The notes: generated by a model from the sequence alone, not told the origin. Shown: positions 50,099 through 60,370, counted from the first letter of the stretch. The stretch: 61,361 bases of DNA from Chloroflexota bacterium (GCA_002719295.1 PBHC01000007.1:37793-99153), one strand, 5' to 3'. Numbers and translations are program-made.

Positions 50099-51297
50099 GC
50101 ACCTATCCTTGTGACTCTTCTATTTAAAAAGTTCATAAAAATTGATATAAAAAGACTCAATCCTAAAAATGTAATAAGTATTAGAAATAGCATAGGCAAA
50201 GCATGACCTGCATTGTTCATTATTGTTCTAGAAACCATAAATACATCTGGATATGCTATAGCAACAGATAAACTTGAATTTTTTGTTAAATTTAAATACT
50301 GATTTGTTAAGGGAGGAATTATTGATCTCAATGCTTGAGGTAAAATAATTAAAGTAATTCTCTGATAAGAGCTTAATCCGAGTGCTTGAGCTGCTTCAGT
50401 TTGACCTTTTGGAAGGCTTTGTATACTACCTCTTACAATTTCAGTAATAAAAGTTCCTGTATATAAAACCAAAGCAAATAAAATAGCAGAAAACTCAGGA
50501 GAAAGTAAAAATCCACCTGATTGAATATAAGTACCATATTCATTGACTTCTAATGAAGGAATATCTGAGTATAAATCTATACCTAGAATGAAATAAGAAA
50601 TTATAGCAATCGATAGAAAAAATCCCAACGATATCAAATTAGGAGAAAAGAAATTTACATTTTCTTCTCGAAATTTATTTAAGTAAGATCTAACAAATAA
50701 AGTTACTATCAAACTTACCAAAAGTATTAAAAACCACAAAGATCCATTTTCAACTGAATTAATGAAAGGAAGAAGTATTCCTCTATTTGACCACACCGAA
50801 ATCCCTCCAAAAGTTAATGCTTCTGAAATTTGTGGTAATTGCAATAAAACTAATTGCCAAAATATTATTTGGATTAATAAAGGTGTATTTCTAATAAATT
50901 CAACATATCCTGCAGAAATTCTACTTATTAAAAAGTTTTTTGATAATCTAGCAAGGCCCATTAAAACCCCTAGAGTAGTTGCTAATAATATACCAATAAA
51001 ACTTACTCTAATAGTATTAATTATTCCTACAAAATAAGCCTGCCATCTAGAAGCATTACTAGTATAGTCAATTAAGAAAGCATGACTAATACCAAATCCT
51101 GCCCTACTTCCTAGGTGACCAAAACCAAGTTCTAAGCTAAATGCTCTCGTAATTAAGTAGAAAAGAAAAAGAATCATAAAACCAGAAAAAACCAACTGAA
51201 TCAAAAGCTTTCTAAAAGTTCTATCGTATAAGAGAACTTCAAGCTTTTTTTTCGTTGATTCTTGAGTTTTTAATTGTTGAAATAAGTTTGAAAACAT
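50095..51297 (-). CDS. aapQ: amino-acid ABC transporter permease (AapQ/BztB)
   Basis: AGF, GIINT, RNTPLL, PEF, GQTEAA, QYLNLTKNSSL. Confidence 0.88.
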   Translation of the reverse strand: MFSNLFQQLKTQESTKKKLEVLLYDRTFRKLLIQLVFSGFMILFLFYLITRAFSLELGFGHLGSRAGFGISHAFLIDYTSNASRWQAYFVGIINTIRVSFIGILLATTLGVLMGLARLSKNFLISRISAGYVEFIRNTPLLIQIIFWQLVLLQLPQISEALTFGGISVWSNRGILLPFINSVENGSLWFLILLVSLIVTLFVRSYLNKFREENVNFFSPNLISLGFFLSIAIISYFILGIDLYSDIPSLEVNEYGTYIQSGGFLLSPEFSAILFALVLYTGTFITEIVRGSIQSLPKGQTEAAQALGLSSYQRITLIILPQALRSIIPPLTNQYLNLTKNSSLSVAIAYPDVFMVSRTIMNNAGHALPMLFLILITFLGLSLFISIFMNFLNRRVTRIGA

Positions 51298-51308
51298 ATG
51301 ATTAATTA

Positions 51309-51338
51309 AACCTACAGGGTATTTCTACCCTGTAGGTT
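51309..51338 (-). terminator. intercistronic stem-loop after aapJ (terminator or mRNA stabiliser)
   Basis: Perfect 13-bp inverted repeat AACCTACAGGGTA-N4-TACCCTGTAGGTT. Confidence 0.75.
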
Positions 51339-51363
51339 AAAAATTTGCTTAGTTAGGGAATTC

Positions 51364-52434
51364 CTATCTAAATGGAGGAGCGTAAATCAATCCACCATCT
51401 GTCCACTGAGCATTTAAACTACCTTCTCTTGTTAGTCCTAGTGGAACTAAATGCCTATCGTATACCTCACCGTAGTTACCTACTTGAGATATAACGTTTT
51501 GCATAAAGTCTACTGGGATTCCAAAAGAAAAATCTGGCGGCTCACCACCGTCAAATCCTACACCAAGTAATCTTGCCATTCCAGGATCTGTTGGGCTTCC
51601 TGCCATTGATGCAACATTAGAACTGTTAATTCCACTTTCTTCAGCCTGCATCATTCCAAATACCACCCACTGAACAACATCATAGAATTCACTATCGTTG
51701 TCTCTTGTAAGAGGACCTAGTGGTTCTTTAGATAAAGTTTCAGCCAAAACTACATGATCACTAGGGTTAGAGAAACCAGCTCTTTTTGATGCTAGACCTG
51801 ACTTATCAGTAGTCCAACCATCACATCTTCCTTCTTCATAAGCTGCTTGTAAAGGATCATTTGTTTCAAATGTCAAAGGTGTGTAAGGAATACCTGCAGT
51901 AGAAAATCTATCATCTAGATTTAACTCTGTAGTTGTTCCTTGAAGAACACAAACTGTTGTACCTGACATTGATTCAATTGAATCATATCCGCTACTTGCT
52001 TTCACCATCATGCCTTGTCCATCATAGAATGTAGGGACTGTAAAATCGTTACCCAAGTCTCTATCTCTACTTGCTGTCCAAGTTGTATTTCTAATAAGCA
52101 TGTCAATTTCATTTGCTGCCAATGCTTCAAAACGTGCAGAAGCTGTCAAAGGAACATATTCAACCTTACTAGAGTCTCCTAAAATTGCTGCGGCTACAGC
52201 TTTACAGAAATCAATATCAAAACCTTCAAATTGTCCTGAAGAATTAACAACTCCAAAACCTGTCAAGTTATCATTGACTCCACAAACCAACTCTCCTCTT
52301 TCAAGAATAGTTGTAAGAGTACTTCCACTAGAAGAACTAGATGAAGAATCCTCTTCACTGCTACACGCGGCAAAAATGAAGATTGCCATTAGCAGCACTA
52401 TCATTGCCACTAACTTATTGCGTAAATAAAACAT
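51364..52434 (-). CDS. aapJ: general L-amino-acid ABC transporter substrate-binding lipoprotein (AapJ/BztA)
   Basis: Lipobox FAAC, RGELVCGV, GFDIDFC, RNTTWT, YDGQG, SKEPLGP, GNYGE, YAPPFR; SD AGGAGAG before ATG 52434. Confidence 0.92.
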   Translation of the reverse strand: MFYLRNKLVAMIVLLMAIFIFAACSSEEDSSSSSSSGSTLTTILERGELVCGVNDNLTGFGVVNSSGQFEGFDIDFCKAVAAAILGDSSKVEYVPLTASARFEALAANEIDMLIRNTTWTASRDRDLGNDFTVPTFYDGQGMMVKASSGYDSIESMSGTTVCVLQGTTTELNLDDRFSTAGIPYTPLTFETNDPLQAAYEEGRCDGWTTDKSGLASKRAGFSNPSDHVVLAETLSKEPLGPLTRDNDSEFYDVVQWVVFGMMQAEESGINSSNVASMAGSPTDPGMARLLGVGFDGGEPPDFSFGIPVDFMQNVISQVGNYGEVYDRHLVPLGLTREGSLNAQWTDGGLIYAPPFR

Positions 52435-52599
52435 AATCTCTCCTTTCATTTCCATATATTCAGGAGTGACACCAGCAACTTTAGTCCGGGATTCACCGAA
52501 ATTAGATCTATGTTTGGTTACATACTACTACCTTTTTTAAGAGAATCTAACTTAATGTCTTATATATCAGTAAACAGAAAATAATGTCTACTATATTTC

Positions 52600-53736
52600 C
52601 TAAAATCTACTCAGAGAAAATTCAGATAAATCATATTGAATATTTTGGCCAACAATCATATTTGAGCAAATTTCACCAATAGCTGGAGTGAATTTGAATC
52701 CATGCCCTGAACAAGGCGAGCAAATAATTATATTATCGTCTTCAGGGTGACGATCCAAAATAAAATCATAGTCAGGAGTATCAGTATAAATACATACTCT
52801 GGTATCAATCAATTCTCCATTTGCAGAAGGGATATACTCTTCTAAAAATCCTCTAATTATATCTATGTCATCTTTATTAGATTCTCTTAGCAAATTATCA
52901 GGAGAAATAAATTTCCCATTATGATGCATAGCAACTTTAAATCCTTTGCTTTCAATTATTGGTTGAGTATAAAATTCCAATCCATTTTCTAAATCCCATC
53001 CAGTGTTTGGAAGATTTTTATTTAAGAATAATTCTTTATCTTTTTTTGGCTCAAACCAAAGAAGAACTTGCCTTTCAGTTTTTACTGGAATATTTATAAT
53101 TGGCAATAAATTCTTAATCCAAGCACCAGAACTGAAAATAAGTTTTTCTGAAAAATAATCACCTTTATCTGTTACAACTTTATATGAATCAGATAATTTT
53201 TCCCAAGAAAGAACCCTTTCATTAAATTTATGTATCGAACCATTAGATTTGGAATTTTTAAGAAAATATTCTATTGAATTTTCAGGAAATACAGCCCCGC
53301 TTCTATTTTCTAGCAACCCTTGGAAATTTTCTGGAGGATTTAGTACTTTATACCTATCAAGTATTTCTTTATTATTTAGTTCTGATATTGGGATGTTATA
53401 TTTTTCTGCAGATAATTTTGCATCTTTTAAATAATTCCCATCGCTTCCTAAATAAAGACCTCCATACTCCATAATAATTTTTTTTGTTGAAGAATTTTGA
53501 ATTTCATGCCAAAGTTCATATGCCCTTTGTACAATCGGAACATATGATACTCCTTCATGATATGCTTCCCTTATCACCCTAGTATGACCATGAGAAGAAC
53601 CTAAATTATGAGGAGGGTGATAAGTATCAAAGCCTAAAACCTTAACACCTTGCTTAGAAAGATAATAAGAACTAGCACTTCCCATTGCACCTAGTCCAAT
53701 AATTATTACTTCAGCAGCATTATTTTTAAAACTCAT
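52600..53736 (-). CDS. solA: monomeric sarcosine oxidase / N-methyl-L-tryptophan oxidase family
   Basis: GLGAMGS, GSSHGHTR, CIYT (FAD-linking Cys), CSGHGFKF. Confidence 0.88.
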   Translation of the reverse strand: MSFKNNAAEVIIIGLGAMGSASSYYLSKQGVKVLGFDTYHPPHNLGSSHGHTRVIREAYHEGVSYVPIVQRAYELWHEIQNSSTKKIIMEYGGLYLGSDGNYLKDAKLSAEKYNIPISELNNKEILDRYKVLNPPENFQGLLENRSGAVFPENSIEYFLKNSKSNGSIHKFNERVLSWEKLSDSYKVVTDKGDYFSEKLIFSSGAWIKNLLPIINIPVKTERQVLLWFEPKKDKELFLNKNLPNTGWDLENGLEFYTQPIIESKGFKVAMHHNGKFISPDNLLRESNKDDIDIIRGFLEEYIPSANGELIDTRVCIYTDTPDYDFILDRHPEDDNIIICSPCSGHGFKFTPAIGEICSNMIVGQNIQYDLSEFSLSRF

Positions 53737-53766
53737 ATTTATCCAATCTTTTAATTAAAAAACAGA

Positions 53767-54882
53767 CTAATCAATACTATGTACTTTATGAAAATCTATC
53801 CAATCTTCATCTAAATTAATTCCTAACCCTGGATTCTGGGGTAAATTCAATTTTCCGTTTGGATTAATTTGAATTTCTTTATCAATTCCCCACTGATGTA
53901 TATGTTCTGGTCTCCAGTATTCATAAAAAGAGTTATTTGAAACTGAAGAAATAACATGCAAATTAGCGATGTTCATTATAGAGTTCCCTGCCAATCCTAT
54001 TTCACAATTTATATTAAATGCATCAGCCATTGCTGACAATTTAATTAAGCCAGTAATTCCTAGTTTTCTAGTAGTTCCACGTATCATTCCAACAAGATTA
54101 TTCCCTAAAAAATTTGCTGCTTCTTTAATTAGAAAAGTAGCTGAATCACTCATATTAATTGGAGTATCTAAGGTTTCATGTAAACGCTTTATTCCTCTTA
54201 TATTTGACGTAATCACAGGATCTTCAAACCAATAGTAATTATTTGAATCTAAGGCTTTTCCAACTTTCAGTGCTTCATTCAAGGAATAGCCATGATTTCT
54301 ATCTAACATCAGCTCCATTTTGTTACCAACTGCTTTTCTTACACCCTCTACAACTGAAATTGTATCCTTGACGGTTAGGTTCCCTGGATGAATTTTATAT
54401 GCTGAATAGCCTTCATCAAGTAATTCTTCGGACTCTTCTATAAATCCTTCAGGATTATTATGTCGAGGAGGATATGTAGCATAAAGCTTTATTTCTTTAT
54501 CTTTTCCTCCTAGTAATGAGAAAATTGGCTTCCCAAGTTCTTTACCCGCAATATCCCATAAAGCTACATCTATTGGAGCCCAAGAGGAGTAAATAGGCAA
54601 GCCATGCCCAGATAAGTTATCAACTTCTGACCACAACCATTCTCTATCATCTGAGTTCATACCTAAAATTTTAGGTTTTAAGACATCATTGATTATTTTT
54701 ATTCTATCTTCAGATGAAGAAGCTTGGTCTCCAATAAATGCATTACCCTCTATTCCTTCATCAGTAATCAATCTCAAAACACCTTGAGTAGTTTTCCCTC
54801 CAATGTTAGATCTTTCATCTTTTACATTTAATGGGCCAGGGTCTCTTTCAATAACATCTATTTGAATCTTATTTATTTTCAT
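53767..54882 (-). CDS. enolase-superfamily (mandelate racemase-like) protein, divergent
   Basis: DVALWDIAGK, YKIH, MLD, WFEDP, PGLG; start at MKINK. Confidence 0.85.
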   Translation of the reverse strand: MKINKIQIDVIERDPGPLNVKDERSNIGGKTTQGVLRLITDEGIEGNAFIGDQASSSEDRIKIINDVLKPKILGMNSDDREWLWSEVDNLSGHGLPIYSSWAPIDVALWDIAGKELGKPIFSLLGGKDKEIKLYATYPPRHNNPEGFIEESEELLDEGYSAYKIHPGNLTVKDTISVVEGVRKAVGNKMELMLDRNHGYSLNEALKVGKALDSNNYYWFEDPVITSNIRGIKRLHETLDTPINMSDSATFLIKEAANFLGNNLVGMIRGTTRKLGITGLIKLSAMADAFNINCEIGLAGNSIMNIANLHVISSVSNNSFYEYWRPEHIHQWGIDKEIQINPNGKLNLPQNPGLGINLDEDWIDFHKVHSID

Positions 54883-54884
54883 TT

Positions 54885-55442
54885 TTAAGTAATAATAGAT
54901 CCAACATAATCTAATCCTCGAAATTTTCCGATATAATCCATTCCATAACCAACAATCCATTTATCATCATCTAGTACAAAGCAAGTAAAATCAGGATGAA
55001 AAATATTATTTCTATTTCCTAACTTATCAACTAACACTGAAGTATATACTTTTTCATTTGAAATACCTAAAACGCTTTCTCTGACTTTTAATAGCGTTTC
55101 TCCTGTATCCATAAGATCATCGATTATTATACTTGGAGAATTTCTTTCTAAGCTATCTGCAAGAAAGTCATACCCATATATCTTTGTTCCTTGAGACTCC
55201 AAGGAGTTTCCATATGTCTTTGCAATTAATGGAAACATTCTAGATGATCCCGGCTTCAAAGAGTCTAATTCAATTAATAATTTTGAAGCAAAAACTAATC
55301 CGCCAGTTAAAATAGGTATGAGATTTATAGAATCATAGCTTTTAAATTCATTGCTTATTTTTTTTGCCAATTTTTTAACTTCAGAATCTATTTCATCTCT
55401 GTCCCATAAAACTTCAATGTCTGAAATTTTTATATCTTTCAT
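54885..55442 (-). CDS. hypoxanthine phosphoribosyltransferase-like protein
   Basis: ILTGG, IIDDLMDTGETL, LVDK, WIVGYGMD. Confidence 0.8.
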   Translation of the reverse strand: MKDIKISDIEVLWDRDEIDSEVKKLAKKISNEFKSYDSINLIPILTGGLVFASKLLIELDSLKPGSSRMFPLIAKTYGNSLESQGTKIYGYDFLADSLERNSPSIIIDDLMDTGETLLKVRESVLGISNEKVYTSVLVDKLGNRNNIFHPDFTCFVLDDDKWIVGYGMDYIGKFRGLDYVGSIIT

Positions 55443-55443
55443 A

Positions 55444-56397
55444 TTAATTCACATCCTCTGGAAGCTTTTTTCCTATTGCTTCAGGTTGGTTCCCTCCAAG
55501 TATTGAAATTAAAAATTTAGGAAATTTCTTTCTTTCACTTCTATTAATGTATTGTATAAAAATTAGTATAAATATCATTATTGGAAACGGCAATAATGGT
55601 AATATCTGAGAAAGTGCAAGTGTAACACTCTGAGCCTTAATTGCTAGAACTTGCAATAATCCAAACCCATATGCCCCCGCTGCAGCTCTAAATGGATTCC
55701 AACCTCCAAAAATAACAATTGCAAGTATTATCCAACCATAGTTTGCTGTATGACTTTCAGACCAACCATATTTGGTATACAAAGAAAAACTAGCTCCTGC
55801 TAAACCTAATAAAGAGCCTCCTATAATTGTTCCAAGCATTCTCATTTTTTTGACATTAATTCCTCTAGAACTTGCTGCCAAAGGATTTTCTCCAGATGCT
55901 CTGATTGATAATCCTATATTTGTTTTATTCAAGAAAAACCAAGAAGTAGGTATGAGTAAAATAGAGAAATAAGTTATAAAAGAGTGATTAAATAAAATTT
56001 TACCTATTATTGGTATATTCGAAAGCAAAGGTATAGAAAACTTTGTAACCATTGGCCCATTAATCCTTACATAATCTTGACCCAAATAATTGCTTAAGTC
56101 TATGCATAGAATAGTCAAAACAAAACCAACTGCAATTTGATCCATTCGTAATTTAATATCGCAGTAAGATATAAAACTAGCAATAAGAGCTCCACTTAAC
56201 ATTCCAGCTAGAAATCCAATAAAAGCAATATCTGTAATATAACCAAAAGCAAAACCCGCTAAAGCTGAAATCATTATTGTTCCCTCAGCTGAAAGATTTA
56301 TGACACCACTTTTTTCTGAAATTGTTTCTCCAATGACGGCAATAATCAATGGCGTACTTAATGATATAACTGTAATGATAGTATTCTCAAAAAGCAT
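55444..56397 (-). CDS. nucleoside/sugar ABC transporter permease
   Basis: GETISEKSGVINLSAEG, RASGENP, GWIILAIVIFG. Confidence 0.88.
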   Translation of the reverse strand: MLFENTIITVISLSTPLIIAVIGETISEKSGVINLSAEGTIMISALAGFAFGYITDIAFIGFLAGMLSGALIASFISYCDIKLRMDQIAVGFVLTILCIDLSNYLGQDYVRINGPMVTKFSIPLLSNIPIIGKILFNHSFITYFSILLIPTSWFFLNKTNIGLSIRASGENPLAASSRGINVKKMRMLGTIIGGSLLGLAGASFSLYTKYGWSESHTANYGWIILAIVIFGGWNPFRAAAGAYGFGLLQVLAIKAQSVTLALSQILPLLPFPIMIFILIFIQYINRSERKKFPKFLISILGGNQPEAIGKKLPEDVN

Positions 56398-57443
56398 TAT
56401 TCATTGCTCCTAATGATTTTTTTTAGCAACAATTTTTCTAATTTTAATTTTTCTAGTATTAGCCAACTCAGCACAAATGTAGCCTGAATAATACCTATTA
56501 AACTGTGATCTAGTCCCAACTTAATTTGAAGTTGGCTTCCTCCAACTATTAATGCAGAAAATAAAAAACTAATGACTAAAGTAAAAAATATATTCCGTGA
56601 ACAAATAAGAACAATCAAAATAGATAAGAATCCAAATCCTCCTGATATAGATGGAACTAATTTATGATAAGCTCCTGAGGCTTGAGAAAACCCTGCAAGT
56701 CCAGCAATTGCCCCAGCTATAAAAAAAGATAATAGAATGTATTTACTAGAGCTAAAATAAAATCTTTCAGTAGCTTCTTCATTTATACCTGTAGCCTTAA
56801 GACGCAGACCAAAAGATGTATATTTTAGTACAAAAAAGCTAAATATATATAAAATAAAAATGATAAAAATTAATAATAATGGAAATTCATTTTGACCAAT
56901 AGTTGGTATCCATGAAGCTTTATCAAAAACATCCGTACCACTTGTCGAAGCTATACCTTCTCTTTTCCATGGTCCAATAATTAAGTAAATTACTATCCCT
57001 GATGCAACAAAGTCTAAACCTAATCCACTAAAAATTTCATGAACATTCCCTTTGACTTTTAAAAAACCACAAAGAAGTCCCCAAAAACCTCCAAAACCCA
57101 ACGCGAAAAGAATTTGAATGTATGGTGAAATAAATGTATCCCCTAAAAAAGATCTAGCTATTAAAGTTGCTCCTACAGCACCCATAATTATCTGCCCTTC
57201 TATACCTATATTCCACATTCCAGCAGAAAAAGTATAAATCAATGCTATTGAAGCCATCGATATAGGCGCCCAAACTATCAATGTTCTAATAAGCTTAGAA
57301 TAACTCCCCATTGATCCATAGATTATTGAATCAAAAACACTTATAGGAGATGTTCCAAAAAGAGTTAGAACGAAAAAAATAATGACCAAAGTTAAAATCA
57401 GTCTTAATAAATTTATTTGAATTAATTGAAAATTTTTATTCAT
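56397..57443 (-). CDS. nucleoside/sugar ABC transporter permease
   Basis: WNIGIEGQ, HEI, TSFGLRLKATG, GFGF. Confidence 0.88.
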   Translation of the reverse strand: MNKNFQLIQINLLRLILTLVIIFFVLTLFGTSPISVFDSIIYGSMGSYSKLIRTLIVWAPISMASIALIYTFSAGMWNIGIEGQIIMGAVGATLIARSFLGDTFISPYIQILFALGFGGFWGLLCGFLKVKGNVHEIFSGLGLDFVASGIVIYLIIGPWKREGIASTSGTDVFDKASWIPTIGQNEFPLLLIFIIFILYIFSFFVLKYTSFGLRLKATGINEEATERFYFSSSKYILLSFFIAGAIAGLAGFSQASGAYHKLVPSISGGFGFLSILIVLICSRNIFFTLVISFLFSALIVGGSQLQIKLGLDHSLIGIIQATFVLSWLILEKLKLEKLLLKKIIRSNE

Positions 57444-57445
57444 TT

Positions 57446-58882
57446 TTATAATATTCCGGAAACATAATTAATAATCTTTTCCTTAGATAATTTTTTCTTG
57501 TAATCTATATTTACGATGAATTTACCAGAAACAGATATAACTATATCTGAGTAATCCCAAATTTCATCAATATCTGTTGAAGAAAAAAGAATTGCTATAT
57601 CTTTTGATTTTCTAGATAAAATCATTTCCCATATATTTTGAGCAGAATTAAAATCTAATCCTCTTGTTGGCTGTTCCAATAAAAGTATAGATTGATTTTC
57701 AGGCATAAGAGAAAGCATTAATCTTTGTTGATTGCCTCCTGATAATTCACTTACTTCATTTGAGAATTTTGCTCTAATATTAAACTGATTTATTTTATTT
57801 GATGCAATTTCTTTTATTTTATTCCAGCTCAAAAACTTTGAATCTGAAGATTTGAACAATCCAAAATGCTCAAGTACATTAAGGTCACTAAATAAGCCTT
57901 TTTCTATCCTATCTGAAGGCATATAATAATAAGTTTTTTTTGATATTGAGGTATTAGAATCCAAAATCAGTTTAGTGTCTGAAAATTCATTTGTAAAAAA
58001 ATTTTTAATATATGTATCATTTGAAGATCCTTGTAAGCCAGCAACACCTATTACTGATCCATATGGAAATTTGTTTTCTAGATTATTTTTATTTTTTCCC
58101 AAAAAATCTGTAGATGAAACTAAAATATTAAAATTCCTGTTATTTGTAAAATCTTGATCATTTATTATTTTGGATGTAGAATTTTCAAACATCTTTTCGA
58201 GAATATCTTGAGAATCAAATGGCTTAGTAATTGAATGAATAACAGCTCCTGATTTTAATATTGTTCCTGAATCACATAATTCTATAATCTCATCAAGCTT
58301 ATGAGAAACAAAAATTATAATTATTCCTTCTTCTGTTAAGCTACGTAAAGTATCAAACATCATTTTCTTTTGTTCTAATGAAAATGCGCTTGTAGGCTCA
58401 TCTAAGATTATGAGCTTTGCTCCATTATAAAGAAGCCTGAGTAGTTCAATTTGTTGCCTTTCACCAATTGAGAGGCTATTCGTTTTATGAGAAAAATCAA
58501 TATCAATTTTGTATTTATCAAAAAGACTCAAAATTTTCTCTTTGGTTTGACTAAGATTTCTATAAGGATTTTTATCCTTTATTCCAACTAAAAATGTCTC
58601 TAATACTGATAGATTTCCAAAATCTAAAGGGTCTTGATTTAATAGTCCAACTCCATTATTAATTGATTCAACTGGTGAACCTAAAACAAGATTTTTTCCA
58701 TCAATTAATATCTTTCCTTTATCAGGAGATATTTGACCTGAAATAATTTTCACAAGAGTAGATTTACCAGCGCCATTCTCGCCTAAAAGAGCATGAATAC
58801 CATCATCGATAGAAATATTAATTTCTGAATTTGCTATTAGATCACCAAATGTTTTAGATATGTTTTTTATCTCTATCTTCAT
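57446..58882 (-). CDS. nucleoside/sugar ABC transporter ATP-binding protein (two NBDs)
   Basis: GENGAGKST, LSIGE, LDEPT, SHKL, LSGGNQQ, QPTRGLD; start at MKIEIK. Confidence 0.9.
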   Translation of the reverse strand: MKIEIKNISKTFGDLIANSEINISIDDGIHALLGENGAGKSTLVKIISGQISPDKGKILIDGKNLVLGSPVESINNGVGLLNQDPLDFGNLSVLETFLVGIKDKNPYRNLSQTKEKILSLFDKYKIDIDFSHKTNSLSIGERQQIELLRLLYNGAKLIILDEPTSAFSLEQKKMMFDTLRSLTEEGIIIIFVSHKLDEIIELCDSGTILKSGAVIHSITKPFDSQDILEKMFENSTSKIINDQDFTNNRNFNILVSSTDFLGKNKNNLENKFPYGSVIGVAGLQGSSNDTYIKNFFTNEFSDTKLILDSNTSISKKTYYYMPSDRIEKGLFSDLNVLEHFGLFKSSDSKFLSWNKIKEIASNKINQFNIRAKFSNEVSELSGGNQQRLMLSLMPENQSILLLEQPTRGLDFNSAQNIWEMILSRKSKDIAILFSSTDIDEIWDYSDIVISVSGKFIVNIDYKKKLSKEKIINYVSGIL

Positions 58883-58883
58883 G

Positions 58884-58914
58884 AAAAAAAACGGGCTTCT
58901 CAAATGAGAAGCCC
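58884..58914 (-). terminator. intrinsic terminator-like hairpin after the BMP gene
   Basis: GGGCTTCTCA / TGAGAAGCCC inverted repeat followed on the minus strand by GTTTTTTTT. Confidence 0.75.
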
Positions 58915-58922
58915 TATAATTT

Positions 58923-60170
58923 TTATTGACTATCTCCAGTCATACCTTCTAGTAATTGAGGGGTATACCAAATTTCAGAATCTGAAGCTTCTTGGCCATC
59001 TGAAAGATATTCAGATCCATCTTGAAAATTCAAAGGTCCTGTAAAAAGATTTAAGTTACCTGAAGAAAGCGTACCTATAAAAGAATCAAGCTTTCCTTTT
59101 TCTGAATCATTTAAACCGTCTCCAGTTTTCCAGCCTATAGGAGATGAATCTTTATCATTCATATCTTCCCAGTTAGGCTCAGACCATAAAAATTCTGCAT
59201 TAAATTCTCCATGAGCTGCATTCATTGCTGCATTTAAGTAATCAGGACCCCAGTTGAAGTATGGTACACCTAAACAAACTTCAGGAGCAGTGTCACATGA
59301 ATTTTCATAATCATATCCCACTACAAAAACATCCTCTCCTTCTGCTGCTCTTTGGCCAGTCACTACTAATGCCTCAGGTGTATCGATATGAGATATTATC
59401 ACATCTGAACCACCATCGAAAAACTCATTGGCAACTTGAGTTGGATCCGAAGTTACACCTGGTATATGGAACCAGAAACCAATCCAAACAACTTCAAAAC
59501 TTAAATCATCTCCATCGTAACAATGGCTTGCTCCTAAATATGCAGCATTAGCTAGCCTTCTGGTTTCATCATTAATTAATGGACCCAAAAAGCTTATTTT
59601 TCCTGTTTTTGTCTTTAGAGCTGCTGCACATCCTGCAATCATCTTTCCATATTCCATCTTTCCCATTATATTTCCCAAGTTTTCTAGGTCTCCTCTATAT
59701 GCTTTTCCGTCATTCCAAGCACTATCTCCTGAAGCCCAGACCATAGGAACATCTGGGAATTTTTCAGCAGCAGCAAGTATACCGTCTTTCATATCATCTG
59801 ATGTTGCAAATACTAGCTGAGCACCTTCGTCAATCATATCTGAAACTACTTGATCAACTGTTAAGTTAGGACTATCAGCTGGATTTATCATATCAGCAAC
59901 TATCATTTCTCCACCAGAGATTTCTTCTATGTATTCTCCACCTTCAAAATGAGCTTGAGACCAACCTTTATCATCTCTTGGGCCGACTAAAATCACACCA
60001 AACTTAAATGGTTCCATCTCATCATGTCCATGTCCTTCATGGTCTTTACCTTCATCTGAGTCTTGCGCCACTTCTTCTTGAGTTACAGCCTCTTCATCTT
60101 CTGAAGTACCACATGCAAATAATGAAATGCTTAATATTGAAACTAATAATAAATTTATAAATATCTTCAT
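58923..60170 (-). CDS. BMP-family ABC substrate-binding lipoprotein (nucleoside/purine)
   Basis: Lipobox LFAC, GPRDDKGWSQAH, WIGFWF, FNWG, FTGP. Confidence 0.9.
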   Translation of the reverse strand: MKIFINLLLVSILSISLFACGTSEDEEAVTQEEVAQDSDEGKDHEGHGHDEMEPFKFGVILVGPRDDKGWSQAHFEGGEYIEEISGGEMIVADMINPADSPNLTVDQVVSDMIDEGAQLVFATSDDMKDGILAAAEKFPDVPMVWASGDSAWNDGKAYRGDLENLGNIMGKMEYGKMIAGCAAALKTKTGKISFLGPLINDETRRLANAAYLGASHCYDGDDLSFEVVWIGFWFHIPGVTSDPTQVANEFFDGGSDVIISHIDTPEALVVTGQRAAEGEDVFVVGYDYENSCDTAPEVCLGVPYFNWGPDYLNAAMNAAHGEFNAEFLWSEPNWEDMNDKDSSPIGWKTGDGLNDSEKGKLDSFIGTLSSGNLNLFTGPLNFQDGSEYLSDGQEASDSEIWYTPQLLEGMTGDSQ

Positions 60171-60370
60171 CCCTAAATCCTTAAATAGTTGAAATTTTAT
60201 TTTGATAAAGAAAAGATATCATTTTCCAAAAGAAAATATCATAAAAAAATCTATTAATTTGTTAATAAAATATTAATTTATTTTTTAAGAAGCATAATTT
60301 ATATTAATTGAAAAATATTTTTCAAAAAGATGTACTATAAAAAAAAAATTAAATAAAAAATGGAGTCAAA

